A stretch of DNA of 64,000 bases. It comes from Trueperaceae bacterium (GTDB lineage: Bacteria; Deinococcota; Deinococci; Deinococcales; Trueperaceae). This document shows positions 9,923-21,328 of this stretch, piece by piece. How positions within the stretch are numbered: position 1 is the first letter of the stretch; each line of letters opens with the position of its first letter. The position numbers were made by a program, and so were the translations under genes. The notes beneath the pieces were generated by a model, which made no database searches, was not told where the DNA came from, and saw only the letters and a program-made list of their open reading frames with translations. The DNA lies in assembly GCA_965215565.1 (NCBI GenBank), contig CBDCDZ010000004.1, forward strand, positions 3,808,001-3,872,000, read 5' to 3'.

Positions 9923-9944
9923 CCATACTTTACGAGGCGGTTGC

Positions 9945-10736
9945 TTATCCGAACAGCTTCCACCAAGGCTTCTTCTGGGTGGCTTCTTCGAGTTCCGCTT
10001 TGAGCCCGTCAATTTGACCTTTGGCTTTCTCTAAAAGACCACGCTGACGCCCAATTTCGGCTTTGGCTTTCTCTAACTTCGCCTTGACTTTGTCACTCTC
10101 TTCCTTGAGTGCGCCCTGGTTCGAGGCGGCGGACTTGGCCTTCTCTAGCTCGCTCTTGAGCCCGCTCTGCTCGCTCTGAAGTTTGTTGACTTGGCTCTCT
10201 AGCTGCGACTTCTCGCTCTGTAGGGTTGAGACCTGCCCGGCGACTTGGCTCTGCTGCGCTTGGGCGTTTTTGAGGCTCTGCACCTCTGCTTTGAGGCGCT
10301 CGATTTCGTTGAGGGCGGCTTGGTACTCAGCGCTACTGATGCCGCTGCTAGGCGCACTGGCGGGTGCGCTAGAAATGGGTGCGGGTGCAGGCGTCGGCTC
10401 GTCTAACGTAACCGCGTCGAGGAGCGCGTCGCTCGGCGCGTCGGGCGCGTCGCCCCAGGAGATTTCCTCGTTGGCTCCGGAGGGGGCTTCGCTGCTCGCT
10501 TGTTCCGCTTCGAACGCTTTGACGTCCTCTTCGGGCCACGCCTCCATGCCTTCGGGGGTGGGCTCGGCGGTGGGGTTGACGGACTCTTCGCCTGCCATCA
10601 CTTTGGCGAGGTAGGTCAAAACGTCTTTCTCGACGACGCTGCCTTCGGGTCCGGTGCCTTGCAGAGCACGCCAGTTGACGTTGTTCTCCTCGGCAAGCTG
10701 TTTGGCTAGGGGGGCAATCGTAGGTTCGCTCATCAC
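9945..10736 (-). CDS. E3-binding-domain protein with acidic linker, coiled coil and C-terminal amphipathic tail
   Basis: IAPLAKQLAEENNVNWRALQGTGPEGSVVEKDV is a peripheral subunit-binding domain; heptad repeats; ends KKPWWKLFG. Confidence 0.75.
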   Translation of the reverse strand: MMSEPTIAPLAKQLAEENNVNWRALQGTGPEGSVVEKDVLTYLAKVMAGEESVNPTAEPTPEGMEAWPEEDVKAFEAEQASSEAPSGANEEISWGDAPDAPSDALLDAVTLDEPTPAPAPISSAPASAPSSGISSAEYQAALNEIERLKAEVQSLKNAQAQQSQVAGQVSTLQSEKSQLESQVNKLQSEQSGLKSELEKAKSAASNQGALKEESDKVKAKLEKAKAEIGRQRGLLEKAKGQIDGLKAELEEATQKKPWWKLFG

Positions 10737-11063
10737 GCTTTACTATTCTCTGCAAGAGGTGCGAGGTGCTATCTAATTTCTAACATCTGCACATTTCACG
10801 TCCCATAAGGTGATTCGGAACACAAAGAGGTTCTTCGAGGATGTGGTGCGTTTATAGCGCTACGAAAGATAAGCGTATATCCGAAGCGAATAGGTGGAGC
10901 ACCTGTGCAGCGGTGCCCGGCTCGTCCGACAGTCCCTCATCTGAGGTCACCTCGAGTCCTTACACAAAATTGCGTTGTCGTAAAACTCGCTCAACGCTGT
11001 AGACACGGTTCAGCAAAAGCAGTACCTTTGAACGAACCTTATAGGAGAAGAGGAGGGATCGGT

Positions 11064-12413
11064 ATGGGTACTGTTGCGCTTATCGCGGTTGCCGTGTCGG
11101 GAATTGCCATCTTGCTGGTGCTGGTTGCGGTGGTGAAGCTCGAGGCGTTTGTCAGCCTTATCTTGACAAGTATGATCGTCGCCCTGTTAGCGGGTATTCC
11201 GCTGACTGAGATTATCGGCGCGATCGAAGATGGGATGGGCGGCACGCTCGGCGCGATCGCCATCATCATCGGCTTCGGTGCGATGTTCGGCGAGATGCTG
11301 CGCGTGTCGGGGGGAACGCGGCAACTCGCCACCACGCTCGTGGACAGCTTCGGTGAGGCGTGGGCTCCTTGGGCGATGGGGCTCACGGGCTTTTTGGTCT
11401 CGATTTCGGTCTTTTTCGATGTCGGACTTATCGTGCTCTTACCTCTCGCTTACAGCCTGACACAGCGCTCAGGGCGCTCGCTTCTCTACTACGCGCTGCC
11501 CCTCGCCGCCGGGCTCGCCGCCACGCACGGCTACATCCCGCCGACACCCGGACCCACCGCGATTGCCGCCGAGCTGAATGTGGATTTGGGCTGGGTCATC
11601 CTTTTTGGCATTATCGCGGGCGTGCCTGCGCTCGGGTTAGGCGGCATCGTCTTTAGCCGCTTTATCGCGGAGCGTATCCACGTGCCCGTACCAGAAAACG
11701 TGCGCGAAGAGGAAGAAGAGTCGGCGGAGAACCCTAACCCGCCGAGTTTCGGGCTTATCATCTCGCTGATTCTCTTTCCGCTCGTGCTCATCTTGATAGG
11801 AACGCTGACGGGTGTGGCGCTACCGGAAGGGTCGGCGGTGCGCAACTTCTTCGCCTTTGCCGGGCATCCCTTCACGGCGCTGCTCCTCGCGTCTATCCTC
11901 GTCTTCTACGTCCTCGGCGTGCGGCGCGGTCGCTCGATGGAAGAGGTTCAAAAGATTGCGACGAAGTCTTTGGAGCCTGTCGCTTTGGTTCTTCTTGTCA
12001 CAGGTGCAGGCGGCGTCTTCGGTAATGTGCTGCAGCAGAGCGGCGTCGGCGAAGCCATCGCCAACCTCATGTCCGGCTCGGGCTTGCCGCCTATTCTACT
12101 CGCCTTTTTGATCGCCACGATGGTGCGCGTGGCGCAGGGTTCAGCGACCGTTTCGATGGTCACAGCGGCGGGGCTGGTTGCGCCCGCCATTCAGCAGCAA
12201 GGGTTGTCTGCGCCCGCTGTGGGGCTGATCGCGATTGCGATTGCGTCTGGCGCAACCGTCCTAAGTCACGTGAACGACTCGGGATTTTGGCTTGTCAACC
12301 GCTTTTTGGACATGTCGGTGGCGGACACGCTCAAGTCGTGGACGGTGTCGGTGACGATCGTCGGCGTCACAGGTTTCTTGGTGGTGTTCGTGCTGAGCTT
12401 TTTCATTCAGTAG
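11064..12413 (+). CDS. gntP: GntP-family gluconate:H+ symporter
   Basis: PPTPGP, RVAQGSATVSM, SHVNDSGFWLV; GGAGG RBS before ATG 11064. Confidence 0.88.
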   Translation: MGTVALIAVAVSGIAILLVLVAVVKLEAFVSLILTSMIVALLAGIPLTEIIGAIEDGMGGTLGAIAIIIGFGAMFGEMLRVSGGTRQLATTLVDSFGEAWAPWAMGLTGFLVSISVFFDVGLIVLLPLAYSLTQRSGRSLLYYALPLAAGLAATHGYIPPTPGPTAIAAELNVDLGWVILFGIIAGVPALGLGGIVFSRFIAERIHVPVPENVREEEEESAENPNPPSFGLIISLILFPLVLILIGTLTGVALPEGSAVRNFFAFAGHPFTALLLASILVFYVLGVRRGRSMEEVQKIATKSLEPVALVLLVTGAGGVFGNVLQQSGVGEAIANLMSGSGLPPILLAFLIATMVRVAQGSATVSMVTAAGLVAPAIQQQGLSAPAVGLIAIAIASGATVLSHVNDSGFWLVNRFLDMSVADTLKSWTVSVTIVGVTGFLVVFVLSFFIQ

Positions 12414-12536
12414 GCGTGATTCGAAGGGTAGTCTCGGTAATTTTCAGGTTGCCCTTCACCAAAACGAACGACTTATACAGAATTGCGCGGTTTACTTATC
12501 CTTACTGAGAGGGTTTTAACTTACCATCCGTGACGG

Positions 12537-12567
12537 GCACGGCGTAGTTTGCAAAACTACGCCGTGC
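12537..12567. terminator. Strong hairpin downstream of gntP
   Basis: GCACGGCGTAGTTT-gca-AAACTACGCCGTGC. Confidence 0.55.
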
Positions 12568-12603
12568 AACCTCGTACTACAATGAGGTGCTAAAGGAGAC
12601 ATC

Positions 12604-13263
12604 TTGCACCTCTATCTGATTCGTCACGCTCAAAGTTACGTCAACTTGCCCGACTGGGCGGAAGGCAACAAGGACGCCGCCCTCACCGAGTTGGGCCGCG
12701 AACAAGCTAGCGCCTTAGCCCGCAGGTTCTCGCAAGAGGTCACACGTGTGGACGCCCTCTACGCGAGCGACATGATGCGGGCTAAAGAAACCGCCGAAAC
12801 CTTAGCCGCGCCCTACGGACTTTTGCCCATCTTCGATAGCCATCTGCGAGAGGTCGGCAACAACCGCCGCGATCACACGCCCTATCCTGTAGACGAGTTG
12901 CCGAAGCACTACGCTGAGTTTTGGGGCAGTTCACGCCCTTTCAGCGCCCTCATGCCGGGTGCGGAGGCGGGCGAGTCGTGGATGCACGCGCGGATGCGAG
13001 TCGGGCAGTTTTTAGAAACCCTCGTTGAGAAGCACTACCGGGCCTCGGACGAAAAGCCAGAGGGCGACACGGTCATCGCGGTCTGTCACGGCGGCGTCAT
13101 CGAGGCGGCTGTCAGCCACGTCTTTAATATCGGGCACCGCCAGCACTGCGAGGTGTGGTCACACAATACCGGGGTGACGCGGCTCGAGTACGTCAACCAC
13201 CCGGACCGCGAACCTTGGCGGCTGCGCTACTTGAACCGCATTGACCATCTTGCGGCAATTTAG
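12604..13263 (+). CDS. Histidine phosphatase (PGM family)
   Basis: LYLIRHAQS, SDMMRAKETA, VCHGGVI. Confidence 0.9.
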   Translation: MHLYLIRHAQSYVNLPDWAEGNKDAALTELGREQASALARRFSQEVTRVDALYASDMMRAKETAETLAAPYGLLPIFDSHLREVGNNRRDHTPYPVDELPKHYAEFWGSSRPFSALMPGAEAGESWMHARMRVGQFLETLVEKHYRASDEKPEGDTVIAVCHGGVIEAAVSHVFNIGHRQHCEVWSHNTGVTRLEYVNHPDREPWRLRYLNRIDHLAAI

Positions 13264-13395
13264 TCTGATGTTCTCAAATTAGAAATTGGCCCTCAGACGG
13301 CGTTTTGTTCGGGTTAGCTCGAGCCTATCGGAAGACAAAGATAAACCCCCTCGAGAATGAGGGGGTTAAACATGTGCTGAATTTAGGGCTCGAGC

Positions 13396-14679
13396 CTAGT
13401 GAAACTGCTCCGCTTCCGTCGAGCCAACCAGCGCCGCCGTAGACGCCTTACCACTCGTTGCAACATTCAACACCTTGTCAAAGTACCCCGTCCCCGACTC
13501 GCGCTGGTGTTTGGTCGCGGTGTACCCATCCGCTTCGCGGGCGAACTCCTCCTCTTGCAGCGCAACGTACGCGCTCATGCCGTTCTCCGCGTAGCCCTTC
13601 GCCAGCTCAAAGGTGCGCAGGTTGATGGTGTGCCAGCCCGCCAAGGTGATGAACTGGAACTTGTAGCCCATTTTTCCCAACTCGCGCTGGAACTTCGCAA
13701 TCGTCTCGTCGTCCAGGTGCTTTTTCCAGTTAAACGACGGCGAGCAGTTGTAGGCGAGCATCTGGTCGGGGTACTCGGCGTGGATGGCTTCGGCAAACTC
13801 CCGCGCCTCGTCCAAGTCTGGCGTGGAGGTCTCCATCCACAAGAGGTCAACGTAGGGTGCATACTCGAGCGAGCGCTTGATGCACGCTTCGATACCCGGT
13901 TTGACGTAGAAGTAGCCCTCCGGCGTGCGTTCGCCCGTCAAAAACTCGTGGTCGCGCTCGTCCACGTCGCTGGTCATAAGCGTGGCGGCGTGCGCGTCGG
14001 TGCGGGCGACGAGCATGGTGGGCACGTCGCACACGTCGGCGGCTAGACGTGCGGCGGCGAGGGTGCGCAAGAAGGTGGAGGTGGGAACCAAGACCTTACC
14101 GCCCAAGTGCCCGCACTTCTTCTCGGACGCAAGCTGGTCTTCAAAGTGAACGCCCGCCGCGCCTGCCTCGATCATGCCTTTCATCAGTTCAAAAGCGTTG
14201 AGCGGTCCGCCGAAACCCGCTTCCGCGTCTGCCACAATCGGCGCGTACCAATGGAGGTCGTCGTTCACACCGTCCAACTTGCTGATTTGATCCGCGCGGG
14301 TCAGCGCGTTGTTGATGCGTTTCACGACAGCGGGCACGCTGTTTGCGGGGTAGAGGCTCTGGTCAGGGTAGGTCTGCCCGGCTAAATTCATATCGCCCGC
14401 AACCTGCCAGCCCGAGAGGTAGATGGCTTGGAGCCCAGCGCGGACCATCTGCACGGCTTGTGTGCCCGTGAGTGCGCCGAAGGTATTCACGTAGTCTTCG
14501 CTGTGCAAGAGGTCCCAAAGTCGCTCTGCGCCGTGGCGAGCGAGCGAGTGCTCGATGTGAACGGAGGGGCGGAGTTGCATGACCTCTTCGGCGCTGTAGT
14601 CGCGCTTGACGCCTTTCCAGCGGGGGTCGGTATCCCAGAGGTTTTTGAGGTCTTGCGCGTTTTGCGTTACGTTGCTCAT
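13396..14679 (-). CDS. aceA: Isocitrate lyase
   Basis: KKCGHLGGK catalytic motif, [27 protein letters not shown] before MSNVTQ. Confidence 0.97.
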   Translation of the reverse strand: MSNVTQNAQDLKNLWDTDPRWKGVKRDYSAEEVMQLRPSVHIEHSLARHGAERLWDLLHSEDYVNTFGALTGTQAVQMVRAGLQAIYLSGWQVAGDMNLAGQTYPDQSLYPANSVPAVVKRINNALTRADQISKLDGVNDDLHWYAPIVADAEAGFGGPLNAFELMKGMIEAGAAGVHFEDQLASEKKCGHLGGKVLVPTSTFLRTLAAARLAADVCDVPTMLVARTDAHAATLMTSDVDERDHEFLTGERTPEGYFYVKPGIEACIKRSLEYAPYVDLLWMETSTPDLDEAREFAEAIHAEYPDQMLAYNCSPSFNWKKHLDDETIAKFQRELGKMGYKFQFITLAGWHTINLRTFELAKGYAENGMSAYVALQEEEFAREADGYTATKHQRESGTGYFDKVLNVATSGKASTAALVGSTEAEQFH

Positions 14680-14966
14680 GTTGTCTCCTTTATGAGTGAG
14701 TTTACTTTGAAAGTACACAGGTTTTGAGTACGGTTGTCACGCGGTGTTGCTAAGCGGTGTCATTAAGCAGGCGGGGGATGCCTTCGTTTGATGTAGCGCA
14801 TTGGGAACCTACCTTTTAAGGATCAGAGACACAAAACAGCCCAGCGTCTCGAGTCGAATAGAAATTCGGACGAAAAAAGCGTCGGAAGTTTGAGAGATTT
14901 GGGCTGCCTGACCTCTTTATTTAACGGAGGAGATTTAACGGAAGAGGTCAGGCTCGAGTCAAAAAA

Positions 14967-16535
14967 TCAATCTAAGTAGTCATATGCCTTCAATGTCAAG
15001 AACGTGCGGAAGTGGTCGCTCTTGACGAGGTCGTCTAAAATCTCAGCGGCATTTTGGAGGTGGTCGCCTTCCAACTTCTCCAACTCCTCTTTCTTCACGC
15101 GGTCATAGAGGTCCACGCTCATGGTTTCGCCACTCTCCAGCGTCGCCCCGTGATGGAGCCACTGCCAGAGCTGTGCCCGACTGATTTCGGCGGTGGCCGC
15201 GTCCTCCATGAGGTTGAAAATCGCCGCCGCGCCCGTCCCCGAGAGCCAAGCGTTGATGTACTGGAGCGCTACACTCACGTTCTGCCGAACGCCCGCCTCG
15301 CTGATAGATGCACCCTCAATATTTGTATTGATGAGGTCTTTCGCACTTACCGACACCTCATCGCGTTGCCGCTCGACTTGGTTGGGCTTGTCCCCTAAGA
15401 CCGCGTCGAACTGCTCTTTCGCGGTAGGAATCAAGCCGGGATGCGCCACCCACGTGCCGTCGCAGCCTGCCTCGGCTTCGCGCTTTTTATCTTCGGCAAC
15501 TTTAGAGAGCGCGTTCTCCGTCACCTCGGGGTCGTCGCGGCTCGGGATGAACGCCGCCATGCCGCCAATCGCGTGAGCGCCACGCTTGTGGCAAGTTTTG
15601 ATCAGCAGTTCGGTGTAGGCGTGCATGAAAGGGACGGTCATGGTGACTTGACCTCTGTCGGGCAGGGTCATGTCCTCACGCTGGTGAAACGTCTTGATGA
15701 ACGAGAAGATGTAGTCCCAGCGTCCCGCGTTGAACCCCGAGATGTGTTCGCGCAGCTCAAACAAAATCTCTTCCATCTGATACGAGGCGTGAATTGTCTC
15801 GATGAGGACGGTGGCGCGGACGCTACCTCTCGGAATGCCGAGTTCGTCTTGGGTGAAGTTCATCACGTCGTTCCAGAGGCGGGCTTCTTGGTAGTGCTCC
15901 AACTTCGGTAGATAAAAGTACGGTCCCGTCCCTCTGTTTAACCTCTCTTGCGCGTTGTGAAACATGTAGAGCCCGAAGTCAAAGAGGCTCGCGGAGATGG
16001 GCTCGCCGTCCACTTCGTGGTGCTTTTCGACTAAATGCCAACCTCTTGGACGCACTAAAAGGGTGGCGATGTCGTCCTCGAGTTCATAGGTTTTGCCGCG
16101 CTCCTCATCCTCGAGTCGAAGCGTCTTGCGCACCGCTTCCTTAAGGTTTTGCTGCCCCACCACGACGTTTTCCCACGTAGGGGAGAGGGCGTCCTCTAAG
16201 TCCGCCATGAAGACGTTCGCCTTCGAGTTGAGCGCGTTGATGGTCATCTTGCGCTCGGCGGGTCCGGTGATTTCCACGCGGCGGTTTTGCAAATCGTCGG
16301 GGCAAGGGGCGACCTGCCAGTCCCCTTCGCGCACCTCTTTGGTCTCCTCTAAAAAGTCCGGCATTTCGCCATTATTAAAGGCTTCCTGCCGCTTCTCGCG
16401 CTCGCTCAAAAGTTCCTTGCGGCGTCCGTTGAACTCGCGGTGGAGCTTCTCTAAGAATGCGACGGCTTCGTCGGTCAGAATTTGCTGTTTGATCTCGTTA
16501 AATTGATTGTCGGTCTCGGCTGTAGCTTGCGCCAT
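14967..16535 (-). CDS. aceB: Malate synthase A
   Basis: [38 protein letters not shown]. Confidence 0.97.
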   Translation of the reverse strand: MAQATAETDNQFNEIKQQILTDEAVAFLEKLHREFNGRRKELLSEREKRQEAFNNGEMPDFLEETKEVREGDWQVAPCPDDLQNRRVEITGPAERKMTINALNSKANVFMADLEDALSPTWENVVVGQQNLKEAVRKTLRLEDEERGKTYELEDDIATLLVRPRGWHLVEKHHEVDGEPISASLFDFGLYMFHNAQERLNRGTGPYFYLPKLEHYQEARLWNDVMNFTQDELGIPRGSVRATVLIETIHASYQMEEILFELREHISGFNAGRWDYIFSFIKTFHQREDMTLPDRGQVTMTVPFMHAYTELLIKTCHKRGAHAIGGMAAFIPSRDDPEVTENALSKVAEDKKREAEAGCDGTWVAHPGLIPTAKEQFDAVLGDKPNQVERQRDEVSVSAKDLINTNIEGASISEAGVRQNVSVALQYINAWLSGTGAAAIFNLMEDAATAEISRAQLWQWLHHGATLESGETMSVDLYDRVKKEELEKLEGDHLQNAAEILDDLVKSDHFRTFLTLKAYDYLD

Positions 16536-16769
16536 GAGCCCTCCCTCATTGAGTGGGTTGCTTTACACTAGGTCAAGTATGCCTCACGCAGCAAGTGTAA
16601 AGTGCGTGTAGTTGGGAGGTGTGTACACGTAAGAGGTGGTGTAGGAATGGTGTGGGTACACCGTTTTGGGCTCGAGTCAGTTTACTTCGTGCTCAGTGCA
16701 GAATGGATGTGTTGACTGAGTAAAGCGGTTTAGCAGTATAAAGTTTTGGTGGGTCAGTGTTGCTATAGA

Positions 16770-17048
16770 CTAAGCACTTTTGGGTAGCACGACAACCTCA
16801 TTGGGTTCTATAAGCGCCGTTTCACGAATAGCGTTCCAGTCAATAACGGCGACCCAAATGTTCTCATCGGTAGAGAAGTGGACGCGCCCGTCCACCTCGA
16901 GGTCTTCGCTGTAGAGCGTGAGATAAAGCCCCTCTTCTAGTGCAATACGCTGCTCGGAGAGGTCTTGCACCGTGCCGACGCAATTGAGCCGCAAACGTCT
17001 CTGTGCGTCAGCGCTGTGAAAGTCGGCGTAGATACGTGGCGTGTTCAT
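16770..17048 (-). CDS. Hypothetical protein
   Basis: 92-aa ORF with protein-like composition (IYADFH...WVAVIDW). Confidence 0.6.
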   Translation of the reverse strand: MNTPRIYADFHSADAQRRLRLNCVGTVQDLSEQRIALEEGLYLTLYSEDLEVDGRVHFSTDENIWVAVIDWNAIRETALIEPNEVVVLPKSA

Positions 17049-17073
17049 AACTCTAAAAATTGCCTCTTAGAAA

Positions 17074-17292
17074 TCATAAATCATCAGGACGTAAAGTTCA
17101 CGCCTTACCCGCGCGATGCTCTGCTAAGGCTTCCTCAGCGAGTTCGGCAAGCAAATCTTGTGATTCGTAAAAAAGTTTGTTCCGGCGCTTTTCCGAAGCA
17201 AGCTCGGCCAAGAGAAGTTCAGCGAGTGCATCTTGTTCGCGCTCCGGTAGCTGTGAGGCTTTGGCGAAGGCTTGCTCGAGGAGCATCGTCAT
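17074..17292 (-). pseudogene. Antitoxin-like protein with apparent premature stop
   Basis: LLEQAFAKASQLPEREQDALAELLLAEL...AEHRAGKA* then in-frame TLRPDDL*, followed by an ATGA-coupled stub MISKRQFLEL*. Confidence 0.55.
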
Positions 17293-17480
17293 AGACTGTA
17301 GTTTACAGTAAAACGGTTCGGTTTGGCTTTGCTATAGTCGAACTTATATTCGGCTCGAAGCTCGTCGTTATCAGAGGGTAGGGTCTTCGTAGTCCTTTCT
17401 CTCATTCCGAGTCGCTTTCCGGGCGCTAATAATACGGACCAAGTTTGAGTGTTCGGTAAAGCTCACTAGGAGCAAAAACT

Positions 17481-18464
17481 TTACTTGTCATCTTTTTCTT
17501 TTCGAGATACTGATCCGCGTAGCTTTGCTACCTCTTCGTAATTTTCGAACACGTCGGACCCGCCAAAGTACCTTCTTATCCCGCGTGACAGTAGATGAAA
17601 AGTCATCGGGTCCACTCCAAGTTCTTCAAGTGGAAACCCGCTCTCCAACACCTCCATAGCTCTCACTAAGTGTAAATTTGCTCGCTTTACTTCTAATGGG
17701 CTACCAGTTTGTGCGGCTTTGTAAACACTTACGCCGAGTTCATATAAGAAAGGAAGCTCTTCTCTAAAAGCGCTGACAGCTACTAATAGGCTAACGGGGT
17801 CGCCTGGTTTTTCTCCAAGCATCGAAGTCAAATCAGCGTAAATTCTATTTTGAAACCTCTTCTTTTTTCTAGTAGTTTGGGGCGTTTCATCAGCAATTTC
17901 TCTAAAGCGTGAATCTAAGGAGCGTACGCTAGCTACAAGTTCTTCTAATACTTCAGCTTGCGATCTAATATGCTTTGCCGTTCTCGATGAATCGGGTATA
18001 GCTCGAATGGTTTTTTCAAAATCAGGCCATAAAGCTTCGAAAAGTTGTCCTGCGCGTCCTTCAGGTACAGAATGCTCTCCAACTTTATTTATTGAGCTAA
18101 CTATCTCGCTTAAACCTTTCTTCTCTACCTTCTTCGCTTGAAACTGGGCAAGAGGTCCCGTAATATCTCTAAAATCTAGATCGAGGAGCAAAGGTATAAC
18201 CTTGCTTCCCTCCATTGATTTGGCTAATGCGCCTGCTTCGAATAGTACCCAAGAAGAGTTGACGTTTTCGCGAGTTGTGCAAACGATGCCGAAATTAGAT
18301 AGTTCTAACTCCTTTGCAACTTCTTCAGCCCAGCGATCACCTGCACTAATATCGGCTTCAGATAACCAAGGCTCTACGTAGTGTAATACGAGAGGTAACC
18401 AATCATGCAACGCTTTAGCAAGTTCCTGGCTGCGTTCTCCGCTCCAACTAATAAAAACCTTCAT
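17481..18464 (-). CDS. TIR-domain protein (TIR_2) with uncharacterised C-terminal domain
   Basis: MKVFISWSG...DISAGDRW...WVLFEAGAL with the catalytic Glu retained; visibly AT-rich relative to flanks. Confidence 0.88.
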   Translation of the reverse strand: MKVFISWSGERSQELAKALHDWLPLVLHYVEPWLSEADISAGDRWAEEVAKELELSNFGIVCTTRENVNSSWVLFEAGALAKSMEGSKVIPLLLDLDFRDITGPLAQFQAKKVEKKGLSEIVSSINKVGEHSVPEGRAGQLFEALWPDFEKTIRAIPDSSRTAKHIRSQAEVLEELVASVRSLDSRFREIADETPQTTRKKKRFQNRIYADLTSMLGEKPGDPVSLLVAVSAFREELPFLYELGVSVYKAAQTGSPLEVKRANLHLVRAMEVLESGFPLEELGVDPMTFHLLSRGIRRYFGGSDVFENYEEVAKLRGSVSRKEKDDK

Positions 18465-18539
18465 ATAAAACGCATTTTACAAACTCTTCTATAATATGTG
18501 TGCGAGCTAAGTTGCACGATACGCTCTACTGCGTGAAGT

Positions 18540-19826
<1,287 letters not shown>

Positions 19827-19837
19827 AAGTTTCTCCA

Positions 19838-19872
19838 AAAAAGAAAAATCCCCGAGGATGTCCTCGAGGTCT
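19838..19872 (-). terminator. Attenuator terminator in the aspS leader
   Basis: Minus strand CCUCGAGG-ACAU-CCUCGGGG followed by AUUUUUCUUUUUU just before the RBS. Confidence 0.75.
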
Positions 19873-19891
19873 AAAAGCATCGTTGTGACGC

Positions 19892-19942
19892 TTACGCTCC
19901 GATGCACCTGTCATCATTATTGAGTAGCGGAGCGCGTTTCAT
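19892..19942 (-). CDS. Leader peptide MKRAPLLNNDDRCIGA
   Basis: 16-codon ORF with tandem AAT AAT GAT GAC between a consensus promoter and a terminator upstream of aspS. Confidence 0.78.
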   Translation of the reverse strand: MKRAPLLNNDDRCIGA

Positions 19943-19950
19943 TGCTGGGT

Positions 19951-19979
19951 ATCGTAACAGGGTGAGCATAAGATGTCAA
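19951..19979 (-). promoter_or_regulatory. Sigma70-type promoter of the aspS leader
   Basis: TTGACA-17 nt-TACGAT, with ATG 8 nt downstream. Confidence 0.8.
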
Positions 19980-20000
19980 CGTAAAAAGCTCCCAGCGGCG

Positions 20001-20498
20001 TTACTTTATAGTACCCAAGCTCAATAGAGAAGAGGTGCTGTCAAAAGGAGGCGTGGCTGAACGCGCCATCCCTTTAAGTTCCTTCAAACCTGCCAAAGCA
20101 GCTCCGCGAACCTCTGAACTGAAGCCCCTAGCCGCAAACTCCTCCTCATCGAGCGTGACGATGTGCATTCTATCCGCCGACACGAAGAGGTCGAGTTCTA
20201 AATCTTCGGAATAAATGGTGTCATGCTTAATGCTTGCAGGTTTCGTCACGTTGCAGTACCAGCCTTTTAACTGGCCTCTTGCACTGCGAATCTCGAAGAT
20301 GTTGAACCACTTATCGGTGTAGTAGTGTTCGTAAAAATGATCCCCTGGCTCAAACGTCATGTAGCCCAAGTCGAGCGCGTCCCGCTCCCACCGCGCGTGG
20401 ATAAGCAGGTGATTCGGCTCGCGCAATAGTTCGAAACCCTGATAGGTGATCTCGGTGCCTTTGCCCGGTTTGAGTAGTTTGACGGTGTAAGGATTCAT
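20001..20498 (-). CDS. DUF402 family protein
   Basis: WFNIFEI...GWYCNVTKP...DLELDL...LDEEEF. Confidence 0.85.
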   Translation of the reverse strand: MNPYTVKLLKPGKGTEITYQGFELLREPNHLLIHARWERDALDLGYMTFEPGDHFYEHYYTDKWFNIFEIRSARGQLKGWYCNVTKPASIKHDTIYSEDLELDLFVSADRMHIVTLDEEEFAARGFSSEVRGAALAGLKELKGMARSATPPFDSTSSLLSLGTIK

Positions 20499-21208
20499 GG
20501 AACACGTGTAAAACGTGCTGGGTTTCGCGACGTTCGCATTGGTACGTCGTCTAAGAGGTTGAGTGTTGCGGCGAAGTCAATATCATCTTCATAGCCCAAA
20601 TTTTGCAGAACGGCAGCGTGGTGAGCACCTAATAGACCGCTCAATATGTCAGGGATTTGCTCCAAGTTTCCTAGCGCAGCCTGACAAGCATACGTAATAT
20701 CAAGAGTTGAATCTAGCTCGAGCAATTCCTTAACAAGAGAACCCGCTCCCAAAACATCATCGAAAGAGGTTTCTCCGTTCGTTCCCGCACAGATGAGGGT
20801 GATATTTTCTTGGGCAACTTCGAGCACCCTCTCTGCTACCGCTCTCGCACTGACAATTGCACCTAAAAAGACATGCTCAATGTCCGAGGTTGTTTCGACT
20901 GCTTTGGAGCCATTTGACGTACATAAAACAGCTTTTTGACCTCTTAGGGATTGGGTGTACTCGAGCGGCGAATTCCCCCCGTCGAAGCCCCCCACCTTCT
21001 CCCCACCTCTTTCGCCTAGAAGGAGTGAGCCCGTTTGAGCCGCCAGACCTCTCGCGTCCTCGACTTCTGCAACGACGAAAAGCTCTGCTAAGCTCTTTGA
21101 AAAGAGGAGGCTCGAGGTGGTCGTCATCCGCAAGATGTCAATTATCACCGCTGTATCGGGTTTGTTGGAATACGTGCTGCTCGGTAAAAACTGAACGTCT
21201 AGGGTCAC
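20495..21208 (-). CDS. comB: 2-phosphosulfolactate phosphatase (ComB family)
   Basis: IIDILRMTTT, GERGG, GNSPLEY, TSNGS. Confidence 0.88.
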   Translation of the reverse strand: MTLDVQFLPSSTYSNKPDTAVIIDILRMTTTSSLLFSKSLAELFVVAEVEDARGLAAQTGSLLLGERGGEKVGGFDGGNSPLEYTQSLRGQKAVLCTSNGSKAVETTSDIEHVFLGAIVSARAVAERVLEVAQENITLICAGTNGETSFDDVLGAGSLVKELLELDSTLDITYACQAALGNLEQIPDILSGLLGAHHAAVLQNLGYEDDIDFAATLNLLDDVPMRTSRNPARFTRVP

Positions 21209-21328
21209 ACTGGCTTATACCACGCGCCCACCTTTTGCTGCCTTTTGTTAATGTGCAGCGTAATTTGGTATTCTCGATGTCATGGAACGTTCGTCCGACG
21301 CTAAGAACATGACCACGAAAGGGTAGCC

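Noticed and set aside
9391..10034. Short ORFs 9391-9588, 9452-9649, 9490-9711, 9771-10034 (also 26877-27062, 32783-32965, 51339-51557)
   Set aside because: They are translations through MITE/REP repeats with no convincing start signals.
13399..14046. Long antisense ORFs (also 38763-39404, 62468-63040 and similar)
   Set aside because: Shadow ORFs opposite well-conserved genes, as expected in GC-rich DNA.
19830..19990. T-box riboswitch upstream of aspS
   Set aside because: No GGTGGNACCGCG T-box sequence and the leader is too short; leader-peptide attenuation fits better.
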